From NCBI RefSeq assembly GCF_009914755.1, contig NC_060936.1: a DNA stretch of 64,000 bases. The stretch is one strand, 5' to 3'. The notes below the pieces were generated by a model. That model was given only the letters and a program-made list of their open reading frames with translations. It had not been told where the DNA came from and ran no database searches. The DNA is from the human T2T-CHM13v2.0 reference genome, Homo sapiens. Below, in pieces: positions 26,116 through 39,322 of this stretch (its first letter is position 1; every line of letters starts with the position of its first letter). The position numbers were made by a program, and so were the translations under genes.

Positions 26116-27099
26116 CCTAAGCTAGCCTTGATGGGGAAGCTGTTAGTCTTGGTAAGTGAGCTAGCTGGTTGGTTTACAGTGTTATGGAAGATAAGCCTTC
26201 TGAAAATACTTGTTCCTGGATACAGCTTCAGCTATCTCTCTCTCAGGGCACACATATTTGTCTCATAGAACAGTTCTTATGTGCTTGTCTTATTCCTCTT
26301 CTAGACTGTAGTTTCCTTGATGATAGAGTGTTTCATTAATCTTTTTATCACTCTATGTCAGGACATACACCAGAGCCATGTAACACAGCAGATTCTGGAA
26401 GTATTTGTTAAATTGGAAAGGTTTTGAAGCCTCCTTGGGTTTTCTGAAAATATATAGGTTTCTGGTTTATGTAGCCCTAAAATTTCCTTATAGGAAAAAA
26501 GTGTTTTCTTGAGGAACAACGGTTATTAGGAAAACAGTGTACTTTTCTCTTCTACCAACGTACATAATGCGTCACGCAGATGGGAGAAGTTTCGAATTCT
26601 GGCTGTGGCTGGAAAGGAAGTTTGCCCACAGACAGTAGTGAGGCAAACGCCTAGGAGTTCAGGGGGCCCCGCAGGCAAATGGGAATGGAGCCCCGTCGCT
26701 TCATTATTTTCTCATCACTAGAATCAATATTAGGGCTTGAGTGATATTATTGTCACTCGTAGAACTGTTTTTTTTTTTTTCTAAAATCTGAATTGAATGG
26801 CACAAATACACAGTTATTCAGAATCTGAATGCCAGCGGAAAGAGATGTAGAAAAGGTAGGCGATGTTGTTGTCAGAAAGTGTGGTCTGACCCCCATGTGG
26901 GCCTGTGAAGGGTTTCCTGAGGAAGTCTAGGGGCAGAGATTCCGCTGCTCAGGCTACTTTCAGCCCTGGTGGATTTCGAGGTGCTGCTGGGTAGGAAGAC
27001 AAGAAGTCAGAGGCAAGAGATCTAGAAAGAGGCACTGTAATAACAAGTGGTCTGTGGCTGGTGGTGACTTTTCTTATACAATCTGGTGTGTATGTATAT

Positions 27100-27200
27100 G
27101 TTTGTCTGTTGGTTTTGTTTATTTATTTGAGACAGAGTCTTGCTTTGTCTCCCAGGCAGAAGTGCAGTAGCCTGATCTCAACTCACTGCAACCTCTGCCC
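27100..27200 (-). mobile_element. 5'-truncated Alu (right-arm 3' part)
   Basis: tttgagacagagtcttgct..cactgcaacctctgcc, then an abrupt break. Confidence 0.85.
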
Positions 27201-27507
27201 CCTGCCTCCTTAAAAAAAAAAAAAAGATACGCTGATTTTTTTTTTTAAGGAGGTAGGGGGCACCGTTCAGCTCAAAACAGGTACTAAATCTTATCTCAAA
27301 AACCTTTTAAAATGTGCTGTTTGCTTCACATGCCATTCATTGAGAAGGGGCGCACTGCCTGAAATGAAGTTTGCTTTGAGTTGCCTACCTTCCCCACCTC
27401 CCCACATCCCCATGATGCGTGTCATTTTAATGCCTAATAATGTCATTTTAATAATTACAAGTCTGAAAGAACAGGATAGGTAAATCCTATACCGTTAGCC
27501 ATAGTTT

Positions 27508-27546
27508 GATGAGATCGGGCATGTTCAGGGTGGTATGGCCGTAGAC
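27508..27546 (-). pseudogene. 5S rRNA 5' fragment (nt 1-39) retrocopy
   Basis: Reverse complement GTCTACGGCCATACCACCCTGAACATGCCCGATCTCATC matches the 5S 5' end; flanked by accgttagcc repeats. Confidence 0.9.
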
Positions 27547-27767
27547 CGTTAGCCTTACCTTGATTTCAACTTTTAATGAAAAAACACGGTACCTTTCTTA
27601 GCTGAGTGCATGAGTTAGCAGGTACAGATGTTAAATAATGTCTATGAATTCAGTGCTGTCAGTGTTCAGTGTCCCATGGAGGCTAATTTCTGTCACCTTC
27701 CAGTACCTGGAAGGTACCCACCAGTCAGGATTTTTTAAAAAACCAACAGACACTGACTCTAGCTGAT

Positions 27768-27769
27768 GA

Positions 27770-27813
<44 letters not shown>

Positions 27814-27940
27814 AGGAAAGAAAGAAAGAAAGAAAGAAAGAAAAAAGAAAGAAAGAAAGAAGGAAAGGAAGGAAGGAAGGAAAGAAGGAAGGAAGGAAAG
27901 AAGGAAGGAAGGAAAGAGGGAAGGAAGGGAAGGAAAGAAA
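27768..27940. repeat. Compound (GAAA)n/(GGAA)n microsatellite
   Basis: Seen directly; explains the K/E/R-rich ORF 27766-27957. Confidence 0.97.
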
Positions 27941-28313
27941 AGTTACTAAAAAGATAGGATTTAACTCAATCTTTAATAGGACATGAAAGAAACAGAAACG
28001 ATGGCAGCTCTGGCAGTTGGGAACTCAAGGACAATCTCTTCGGGGCTCCACCAATGGGACAGAAACTCCAACCCACTTTAGGTCTCGTGCCATGAGCCCT
28101 GAATGGAAATGGAAGGAGTGAGCACCCTGATTGTCCTGCTGGGGTCACATGTCCAGCCCTAGGCTGGGGATGGGATGGGGCCCCTTGGGAAGTCTCACCG
28201 AGACCGTACCCATTGAGGGAGGGGGATTCTTCAGAGCAAAGCCAAGTGTTCAGTGGTAGAGTCAAGACAGTGTTGTTCTAATCCCGGGAATCACCTGATT
28301 CCTTTGTCTTATG

Positions 28314-28593
28314 TTTCTTTTTTCTTCTTTGAGACAGAGAAAGACTCTGTTGCCCATGCAGTGGCACCATCTTGGCTCACTGAAGCCTCTGCCTCCCAGG
28401 TTCAAGCGATTTTCCTGCCTCAGCCTCCTGAGTAGCTGGGACTACAGGTGCATGCCACCACGCCCTGCTAATTTTTGTATCTTTAGTAGAGATGGCGTTT
28501 CACCTTGTTGGCCAGGCTGCCTGGCCTCAAGTGATTCCCCCCAACTCGGCCTCCCAAAATGTTGGTATTACAGGTGTGAGCCACCATGCCTGG
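28314..28593 (-). mobile_element. AluS with small deletions
   Basis: Dimer. Confidence 0.88.
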
Positions 28594-29039
28594 TTTCTTG
28601 GCTTTTTTTTTTTCTTTGGCTTTTGTTTCTGAGGACCAGAGTCATCCTAAGCCTTCTGGTCTGGGCAGGTCATGGGAAAAAGGAACTCTCCAGGGGCCTG
28701 CTCTGTGACTATTTTAAGAAAATAACACAAACAGACCCAAGGCCAGGGCTCACATTATGGCATATTAGACAGCGTACAAAGGCTGCTGATTTATTCCGTT
28801 CTCTTATCTGATAGCCATTAAGGGGAGAAAGAACAGATGGGGAACATTCATTAGCACTGTTTATTATTATCTTCACGGACTATTTCACAGCCCAAACTGT
28901 GGCAACTCCATAATCCTTCTGAGGCATTGATTTGGAACACGTTTTATTTTAACCAAGGCAGCCTAATTGTGAGAGAACATTCTACATTTTTTCCCATCTA
29001 GTTATTGCCCACAGCAATGCCATCTACATTACCCCGGAT

Positions 29040-29611
<572 letters not shown>

Positions 29612-29699
29612 CACTCAGTCCATCCTAGACATGCACGCCCTTGTCCTATGCTTAGCATTGTTCTGGAATGATCCAGAATGCTATCCCCAGATATCCCTT

Positions 29700-29925
29700 T
29701 CTGAGAGTTCTGGAGTCAAACGGCCTGGATGAAAATACCAGTTTTATTCTCACTAGCTAGTGACCTGCATTTAACCCTACAGACCTCAGTTTCTTCATTT
29801 GTGGTATGCTGGTAATAATGCCAGCTTCCTTATTGGTTTCTTGTGAGGATTACCAGAGAAAATGTCTGTAAACACTTCCCACCGGATCTCACATGCGCTA
29901 GATGTTCCATATGTGATAGCTGCAT
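29700..29925 (+). mobile_element. MIR
   Basis: tctggagtcaaac..cctcagtttcttcatttgt..ttgtgaggatta. Confidence 0.72.
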
Positions 29926-30125
29926 ATATTTCTTGTGATCACTACTCCTAGGTCATCAAGGTCATAACCTCACAGAAGGTGCCCCTGAAAGAAATCCAGT
30001 TATTTAGTGACTTGCTCCCCTTCCTCATTATCTGGCATGTCTGCAGAAGGGGCTTTGGTGAGGGAGTGCAGGCGGGTCACAAGTAGTCATTGCTATTATT
30101 AAAAAAAAAACAAACCAGCAACTCA

Positions 30126-30440
<315 letters not shown>

Positions 30441-31314
30441 CTCATACACAGAGAAGTACGGGAGGACTTCCAGATCGCATTTTCTTTGGAAGAGATGCTT
30501 GGAAGGAAGAGATCTGAAGCAGTTAAATGGAAGGTTGTGTATTTCCTAGGATTGTTGGTGCCATTGTTGGATTCTGGATTTGGGTGTGGCCACCAAGCTG
30601 TCCTGTCACAGTGTAGCCAGCACTGCTGGTGTGAATGCCTGTGATGGAGAGGGAATGCTGTATTCTGGCTCTCTGTGCCTCCGGGCTGGTGGGAAAACGG
30701 CCAGACCCTCCACTGCAGCAGATTCATGCAGGGTGATTCGGAGCCACTAAAATGTAAAGAAAGACTGTTTGTTTTCCCAGCTCAGTTTTCAGAGAGGTGA
30801 GTAGGTGTTTTCTAGCAGTGCTGATGTTTATTTGTTCTGAAGTCTTTTCTGCTCTGTTGTGGGTCTCAAGCTTCACCGATCTTCAGAGGCAGCTTTGTAA
30901 AATGAAGTGGGGTTTTAATGTCTCATACTCCTGGATTTGTTGCATCGCTTCAAAATATTTTCCATCATGGTGCCTGCTCAAAGGTCTCTGTAAAGCATGG
31001 TGGTTATTGTCTTTCTGGCACAATTGCCCTTCTATTTCCTTCTGAAGTTTGTAAAGTTATTCGGGCTCTACTGTATAAGGAGCAGGGTCAATCTTACTAG
31101 CAGAAGGCTGAAATGAAACGGCAGCTGCTGTGAGTGCTGTGTAGAGTAAAACCTGGCACCACATACCCACTGTCCTGCCTAGATCCAAATGCATTCAGCA
31201 CCCAGAAAACCCCCAGTGAAGAAAATTTCAATGCTGAAAGAGAAGACTGGAGAACATTACCATAGAATCAGGTTTGTCTGCATGTGCCAGATACCCTAAA
31301 ATAACAGTATGTTA

Positions 31315-31784
<470 letters not shown>

Positions 31785-32117
31785 GTCTAGCTCTCTAATG
31801 GGGTTTAGGAACCCCAAGCTCTTTCTATTCTACTGCCCCACCATCCTAATATGTGACTGTCATTCTTACTGTCATTTCACAGTTTAGAGTTGATGCTAGA
31901 GTTCCAGCCATTAAATGACACATCCCAGATGGCAAGAAGGAATCGAAATATAAGGAGACAAATATTGAACACCAGCGGTATTTTCAGATCTCTTGGAAGC
32001 TGGTATACAGCATTTCTGTGGCAAATACTTAGCTACACGGCTTTGCTTAGCTATAAGGGAGGCTGGGAAATGCCATCTTTATTAGGGGATCCACATGTCA
32101 AGCTAAAAGCTAGGGGT

Positions 32118-32733
32118 CTGTGGTAGACAGAGCTCTACAATATCCCCGGTGATCTTTACTTTGTATAATCTCCTTCTCTTGAGTAGGAGGCAGAACTTGT
32201 GAATATGACAAAATGTCACTCCTGTGATTATGTTATATATCAGATCAGTTGATCTTAAGATACGGAGATTATCTAGGTAGGCTTGACCTTCAAAAAAAAG
32301 CCCCTTAAATCTAGATCTAGAGTCAGAGATGGAGGAAGTCAGAGATTAGGAGCATGAGAATGATTGGACGTGCCATTGCTGGCTTGAAGGTGGAGGGGCC
32401 ATGTGGCAAGGAGTGTGGGTACCTCCAGGAGCTGAGAATGACCCCACCGACAGCCAGCAAGGAAACGAGGGTCTCAGTTTCACAACCACAGGGAACCGAA
32501 TCTTGACAATGACAAAAACGCTAAATGTAAAAGTGGATTTTTCTCTGAAGTCTGCAGACAAGAACTCAGGATGGCCAACATCTTGATTTTAGCCTTGAGA
32601 TGCTCCAAGCAGAGAGAACTCAGTCATGCCATGCCAGACTTCTGACCTACAGAACTGTGCATTAACTAATAGGTATTGTATTAAAGTGCTAAGTTTGTGA
32701 TAAATTGTTACACTGCGGATGAAAACAGATACA
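32118..32733 (+). mobile_element. MLT1E-type solo LTR
   Basis: TGTGGTAGACAG...gacttctgacctacagaactgt...GAAAACAGATACA; flanks gggtc / ggatc. Confidence 0.82.
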
Positions 32734-32900
32734 GGATCTATTACTAAGGAAAAAAGGAAAAACGGAAATTAGAGTATACACCTTGCAGTCTTTGACTCAT
32801 CAATGCAGTAAAACCCTCAAATGTTAAATTGGAAGGAAACAGAGTTTGGTGAGCCTGACCTCCATGCAGGCATCTGTGGCCATGCTCAAGTTCTTGGAAC

Positions 32901-33195
32901 TTTTTTTTTTTTTTTGAGACGGAGTCTTGCTCTGTCACCCAGTCTGAAGTGCAGCGGCGCAATCTCGGCTCACTGCAACCTCTGCTCTCGGATTCAAGCA
33001 ATTCTCCTGCCTCAGCCTCCCGAGTAGCTGGGATTATAGGTGCGTGCCACCACGCCTGGCTAATTTTTGTATTTTTAGTAAAGATGGGGTCTCACCATAT
33101 TGGCCAGGCTGGTCTCGAACTCCTAACCTCAAGTGATCAACCTGCCTCAGCCTCCCAAAGTGCTGGGATTACAGGCATGAGCCACTGTGCCTGGC
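32901..33195 (-). mobile_element. AluS
   Basis: Full dimer. Confidence 0.92.
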
Positions 33196-33575
33196 CCCTG
33201 GGCTACATTCTTATCTAGAGGCCTGACTGGGGAAGAACCTACTTCTAAGGTCAGGCAGGTTGTCGGCAGAATTTATTTCCTTATGGTCATAGGACTGAAA
33301 ATCCCAGCTTCCTGTTGCCTTAGCTGTGAGAGGCCATCCTCGGCCCCTTGCCACATGGGGCTCCCAACATAGTCAGCTATGGAGAGAGTCTCTAGCATGA
33401 ATCTTAGCCAGACAGAATCTTATATAATGCAACGTAATCAGAAGTGATGCCCCATCACTTTTGTCATTTCTATTGGCTAGAAGAAAATCACAGGTCCCAC
33501 TCACATTCAATGGAAATAAATTATACAAGGGTATAAATACCATCATTGGGAGTCACCTAGAGTCTGTCTGCCACA
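33196..33575 (-). mobile_element. MLT1 (F/G-like) LTR fragment
   Basis: ccatcacttttgtcatttctattggctagaag..cacaggtcccac..gtctgtctgccaca. Confidence 0.72.
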
Positions 33576-33605
33576 CAGACTGTAATTTATGTATATATAT
33601 AAAAT

Positions 33606-34160
33606 TATTTTTAATTGACACATAATAATTATATTATTACATATTTATGTGATACAGAGTGATATTTCAATGCATGTATACAATGTGTAATGATCAAATC
33701 AGGGTAATCAGCATATTCATCCCCTTAAACATTTCTCATTTCTTTGTGTTGGAGACATTCAAAATCCTTTCTTCTAGTTATTTGAAAACATACAACAAGT
33801 TATTGTTAACTATAGTCATCCTTCAGTGCATAAAATACCAGAACTTATTCCTCCCATCCAGCTGTCATTTTCTATCCTTTAACCAACCTCTCTTTATTCT
33901 CCTTTCCCTCTTACCCTTTCCAGCCTCCGGTAACCACAATTCTACTCTCTATTTTTATGGGATCAACTTTTTTAGCTTCCATATAGGAATGAGAATGGGT
34001 GGTATCTTTCTGTGCCTGACTTGTTTCACTTGACACGATGTCCTCCAGGCTCATCCGCATAGAGAAGGAAGACAGGATCTCCTTTTTCATGACTAAATAG
34101 GATTCCATTGTGTATATATACTGTGTTTATTTTATCCAGTTGTCTGCTGCTGGACACTCA
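33606..34160 (-). mobile_element. L1MA-type 3' end
   Basis: aatgtgtaatgatcaaatcagggtaat..tttttagcttccatata..ttccattgtgtatatatac; the ORF 33911-34108 peptide resembles the L1 ORF2 C-terminus. Confidence 0.85.
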
Positions 34161-34199
34161 CAAACCTCAATTATTTTTCTCATGTTCATGATTAATCTC

Positions 34200-34602
34200 A
34201 GCCAACTATGAGACTTCATTTCCTGTTTCCCCAATCCCCCTTGTGAGGTGTGGTCATGTGACCTAGGTGTGGCAATGATAACTAAGCAGAAGTATCCTGG
34301 GAGGTTTCTAGGAAATCTTTTGGGCTCTCCTGATCAAAGGGAAGAAACACAGTTCGTACCTTTCTTTCTTCTTTTTAAAGCTTTGAATGTGTAAGTCATA
34401 ACTGAAACTACAATAGCACATGATTATGAGAAGTCAAAAGAATCACAGAGATATCAGTGTTAGGACTGGAGTTCTGCTGAATGAACACTTGTAATCCCTA
34501 CAGCTGGATTTCCTGGCGTATGAGAATAATTAATTTTTCTGTGCTTAAGCCATTATAACAAGGTTTGTATCATTTGCAGTCAAAAGCATTCCTAATGAAT
34601 AA
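34200..34602 (+). mobile_element. Old MLT1 (J-like) LTR
   Basis: ggtcatgtgacctag..ggtttctaggaaa..ttaagcca..ttgcagtcaaaagcattcctaa. Confidence 0.65.
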
Positions 34603-35049
34603 AATTGGCTGTCATTTTTCTGTCCCCAGGCTTGGGGAATTATATTTCTGACAAGAGGAGACAATTTTGAGGTGATCTGCTGAGCCTGGGATCTCTATTC
34701 TCTGAGTGATCATTTTTTGCATGTGATCCTGCCCTGGCTGTAGCTGATTGAAGCAGGATGCATTCTTTACCAAAGCTGGGCCAATCAGATTCTCTTTTGC
34801 ATTTAAACTGAGAGACACGAGAACAGGCTCTTGGGGGCTCAGTCACGTTAATTCAGAGCTTTGAAGTAAAAGCTTGTAAACTTGTGTAACTGAGGTCCTG
34901 GAGCTAAGTTCCAGCTCTTCCTGGGACCTGGCTGTTCAGTTTTTCACCAGATTGCATCAGAGGCATCTGTATCTTCATAATCAGTTTTTCCCTTGTTTAA
35001 TCAAGGTAGATTCTGTAATAAGGAGTATCAACTAGGAAACATGACATTT

Positions 35050-35320
35050 ACAGAGCCCTTTATGATCTGACCTTTGTCTTCCTTCAGCAACAAATTCTGT
35101 ACTCATCTTCAATTACAGCACTATTTTCTCAGCAAAGTCTTCCTTGATCCCAACAGGACAAGAGAGCTGGAGTTCCCTCCCTACACCTGCACATCACCCA
35201 CTACTGTCTGGCTTAGTAGGCAGAGGTAGACACTGTGTCTTTTTCATTTTTGTCTTTCCAGAACCTAGCACAAAGTCTGGCACCTCGTAGGCACTCAGTA
35301 AATGCTTTTTGAATGAATAA
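35050..35320 (+). mobile_element. L2 3' fragment
   Basis: cctagcacaaagtctggcacctcgtaggcactcagtaaatgctttttgaatgaat. Confidence 0.72.
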
Positions 35321-35457
35321 AGGCAGAGATGGGAGTTTCTGACTGAAGTAATAGTGTAAACATAACCACAGAGAATGAAAGTACATGGGATTCTATGTTC
35401 CTGAAGGGCAGGGACCATGTCTTATTTAGCCTAGCACAATATTTGGCACATGGTAGG

Positions 35458-36179
35458 TATATTAGGCTGTTGTTGCATTGCTATAAAGAAATACCTGAGG
35501 CCACGTAATTTATAAAAAAAAGAGGTTGTTGTTTTTTTCTTCTTTTTGGAGACAGGGCTGTCGCCCAGGTTGGAGTGCAGTGGCACGATCTTGGCTCACT
35601 GCAACCTCTGCCCATGCTCAAGTGATCCTCCTACCTCAGCCTCCTGAGTAGCTGGGACCACAGGTGTGAGCCACCAAGCCTGGCTAATTATTTTGTAAAT
35701 ATTTTTTGTAGAGATGAGGTTTTGCCATGTTTCCCAGGCTGGTCTTGAACTCCTGAGCTCAAGCAATCTGCTTCCCTTGGCCTCCCAGATTGCTAGGGTT
35801 ACAGGTGTGAGCCACCATACCTGGCTAAGAAAGGAGGTTTCATTGGCTCATGTTCCTGCAGGCTATACAGGAAGCATAGCGGCATCTGCTTCTGGGGAGG
35901 CCTCTGGGAGTTTCCAGTCATGGTGGAAGGTGAAGTGGGAGCTGGCACATCACATGGCAAAAGCAGGAACATAAAGGTGGGGGAGGTGCCGCACACTTTT
36001 AAACAACCAGATCTGGTGAGAACTTACCATTGCAAGGACAGCATCAGAGGAGCGGTGCTAAAATATCTATGAGAAATCCACCTCCATGATCCAGTCACCT
36101 CCCACCAGGCCCCACCTCCAATTTTGGGGATTAGATTTCAACATGAGATTTGGGTGGGGCAAATATCCAAACTGTATTA
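35458..36179 (-). mobile_element. MSTA-type MaLR solo LTR split by AluJ
   Basis: cattgctataaagaaatacctgag...cctcccaccaggccccacctcca...; 5-bp TSD GTAGG at 35453-35457 and 36180-36184. Confidence 0.88.
35528..35826 (-). mobile_element. AluJ inside the MST LTR
   Basis: Dimer; TSD-like aaaagaggtt / aaaggaggtt. Confidence 0.87.
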
Positions 36180-36507
36180 GTAGGTATTTGTTAAAAGTCT
36201 TTTGAACTGAACTGCCCTGTGCATTGCTGAGAGAATGCTAAGTGTCTCTCTGGGGCTGGGGCATAAGAGTCGTGTGTGTGTATGTATGTGAGTGTGGAGG
36301 AGGAGGTGGTGGGTGGGGAGTGTAGAGGAGATGAGATGAAAAAGGCAAATTAGACCCTACTGTGCGAGGCTTTGCACACTAGATGAGGTTCTTGGCATTT
36401 GTTTTATAAACAACAAATAAAGTATTTTATTCATAGATGTAATGGGGCCAGAAGTGGGCAGCTTCTAAATAGTTCAGGAAATAAAAAGTGACTGAAGTAA
36501 GGAGGCA

Positions 36508-36708
36508 GCAGTAGAATTAGAAAGGAGCCCTGGCTCTCACGAACATATTGTTAAATTTTTAAGTATTTTAGGAGCTGGATGTTAAACCTTTGGTAGCTTG
36601 AAATTGGCCATAGTGGAAATATTTACACCACAGAAATTGGCAAACACTGCAAATGAAAGCTTTAAAGAAATTCGTTTTATGGGAAACCATTTGACCAGTA
36701 AACCACTG
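36508..36708 (+). mobile_element. MER63-family hAT element
   Basis: ttggtagcttgaaattggccatagtggaaatatttacaccacagaaattggcaaacactgcaaat. Confidence 0.72.
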
Positions 36709-37014
36709 AGAAAGATTTCAGAGAGAGACAGTTGGACGAAACCGATAGGCCCTGATGATTGGTTGGGGCGGGTCTGGGGTTGAAAAGTTCTTAAAGATGG
36801 TTCTGAAATTTTTTATCTGAGATTTTAACTCTGAGTGACTTGCAGGATGAAGATGTCACTCAGTGGAAACTAGGTTTTGGGGAAAAGACGATGTATGTGA
36901 TTTGCTGCATGAATTTGGGGGTATGACATAATACGCATGTGGCTTGTCCAAAAAAAGAGATTGAAGCCTGTGTTTGATGCTCAGTCAGACCTGGAGTATA
37001 GACTTGAAATCAGC

Positions 37015-37409
37015 TGCCTCCCCTCCCCTCCCCTCTGCTCTCCTCCCCTCCCCTCTCCTCCCCTCCCCTCCTCTCCTCTCCCCTTCCCTGCCCTCCCCTC
37101 CTTCTTCTTCCCTCCCTTCCTTTTGTCTCGCTCTGTCACCCAGGCTGGAATGTAGTGGTACAATCATAGCTCACTGCAGCCTAGAACTTCCAGGCTCAAG
37201 CGATCTTCCTACCTCATCCTCTTAAGTAGGTGGGACTATAGGTGTGTACTACTATGCTTGGCTAATTTTTAAATTTTTTGTAGAGATCGGGGTTGGCGGG
37301 AGTGTCTTGCTATGTTGCTCAGGCTGGTTTCGAACTCCTGGCCTTAAGTGATCCTCCCACCTCAGCCTTCCAAAGTGTGGGATTATAGGTATGAGCCACC
37401 ATGCTTGGC
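37015..37409 (-). mobile_element. AluJ with a (CCCCT)n pyrimidine tail
   Basis: Dimer from ~37125, preceded by a pentanucleotide low-complexity tract. Confidence 0.87.
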
Positions 37410-37775
37410 TGTGATGAACTTTCTTACATTTGCTTTTAAATGTTAAGCTAGAGCATCAAACAGGGATTCCAGGAAGGCACGATCTGGAATAGGTATTCAA
37501 GAACCCCAAATTACTATGCATAGTGTAGAGGAGAGGCCACGCAATTCCCACGCACTTCACTCCTCTCTCATCCTCTTATTGCCAGTGAATTCTCTCCCTC
37601 TCCTAAAGTTCAAAACCACCAGCCCCAACTTGGCAGCAACCCGGGAGACAGGGCAACAGCAGCCAGGGTGGCAGCAGCTGTAACCTCTTGCAAATCACCT
37701 CCTCTGAGTCTAAATTTCACAAACACATAGTTCAACAGTTGCTAAAAACACTCATTGCTTCTTGGCATCTAAAGA

Positions 37776-37841
37776 AGGCATTTCAGGACTCCTCAATTTT
37801 AATTAACTAGGCATTTCAGGACTCCTCAATTTTAATTAACT
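37776..37841. repeat. Perfect 33-bp tandem duplication
   Basis: AGGCATTTCAGGACTCCTCAATTTTAATTAACT twice, no mismatch. Confidence 0.97.
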
Positions 37842-37992
37842 ATCTCAAATATTAAAGAACATTGCTGAGTTTGCTGAAGCATTTTTACAGTTGTAGAAGA
37901 AAGCATCGGGTGTGAGGGGAAGACCTTCACAGAAACACATGCTATTCTGGATACGTGACCATTTATGAATATGTCCTGCTTCATTTAGTTAT

Positions 37993-38532
37993 TGTCAGGA
38001 TCCCGACTACACCAATTATGTTCAGGGTCAGGTACCAGCCCATGCTGCAGTCTGGAGGGAGTGAGTGGATGAGCAGGAAGAACACCTGGGGGCCGTAGGC
38101 AGGTGAAAGATGGTTTTATTCAGCAGCAGCTCTCATCAACGCTTTCTCACACTGTCTGCCTGTCTCAGCTGCTTAGTCCAGCTCCCACATGCAGCTGTGC
38201 AGCTGGCTCTCCCTTGCCTTCAGGGTCAGCAGCTTAACTCTCTCTCTCTGGGCACAAGTGAGCCAAGCTGTGTCCTGGCTCTCCTCTGTCCATCTCCAAA
38301 GACGAACAGCTTTGACACTGTCTCTGGTGCCAGCATGCCTGCACAGTGTCAACAAGGCAATTATACCTTTTACAGACAATAGCGGCTTAGGGCCAAGGAA
38401 TGGCCTTCCCATCTCATGGCTACATGGCTGTGATAACAAGTGGAGTTATACGCCTGTGCTCTAAACTCGCTGAGTCACTCAGGATGTTTATCTCAGCCTA
38501 TCCTTGACCAAAGCACAGCCATGTTTCTTACG
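37993..38532 (-). mobile_element. LTR18 (LTR18B-like, ERVL) solo LTR
   Basis: Reverse complement begins GTAAGAAACATGGCTGTGCTTTGGTCAAGGATAGG; minus-strand AATAAA near 38115-38120; perfect 5-bp TSD GTTAT. Confidence 0.85.
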
Positions 38533-38939
38533 GTTATGAGTTAACCTGAAAAGGGGAGACAATTGACTAACTTTGAGTAGGCATGTTTGAAAAGAGGTGG
38601 ATTGCTAACGTGCAGTATTTTGTCCATAGGATCAAATATTTTAGGAAAATACTTCTTGTTTTCTGATATTAGTGCTAGGTTTTCCTTTGCATCAGGGCAA
38701 GGATATTTACCCCCAACATCAAAAAAGAATGGCCCTACCTTAATTACTTACTACTCACCATGGAGAAGTATAATTCTTTTGTGTACTACGAACACTTAAT
38801 TAGTGGCCCTTTTTGGAATGCTCGGTTGGCACTCCTGTGTTACTTATCAACTTTTTCTGGCCTTGCCACTGCAGTTGCTCCTAATGCCTAACTCCTTAAT
38901 GATGTGATCATCTTCCCAATCAGATGTGTTGGGAAGGGC

Positions 38940-39102
38940 AGCACATCTCAGATGGTAACTGAATGCAGTTCACCTGGGCATCTTGTCACCTGCAGATTTT
39001 CATTCAGTCGGTCAGGAGAGAGCCCATGGTTCCTCTTTTCTAACAAGGTCCTAGTTAATGCAGTTACTGCTGGTCACAGAGCCATGCTCTTGAGTAGCAA
39101 GG
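38940..39102. mobile_element. MER5-type hAT-Charlie element
   Basis: tcacctgggcatcttgt..tgcagatt..taacaag..ctgctggtc..ttgagtagcaagg. Confidence 0.65.
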
Positions 39103-39322
39103 TATAGTGGAGGAATGACAGGCAGCATTAAGAGGGAAGATTACCATTCAGAGAGCCACAGACCACCTGGGAAAATAATATACCAAGAAGAGGTGAGAAG
39201 TATGTATATGTGATGATGTATTTATTCATATTAATGTATATGTGTGAACATATGAACTATCTCTGCTTAAAAATGGCATTCTTCAATAGATGCTTTGCAA
39301 AAAACATTTAAAAAGGAGGTAT

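Noticed and set aside
27766-27957. K/E/R-rich ORF
   Set aside because: Translation of the GAAA/GGAA microsatellite
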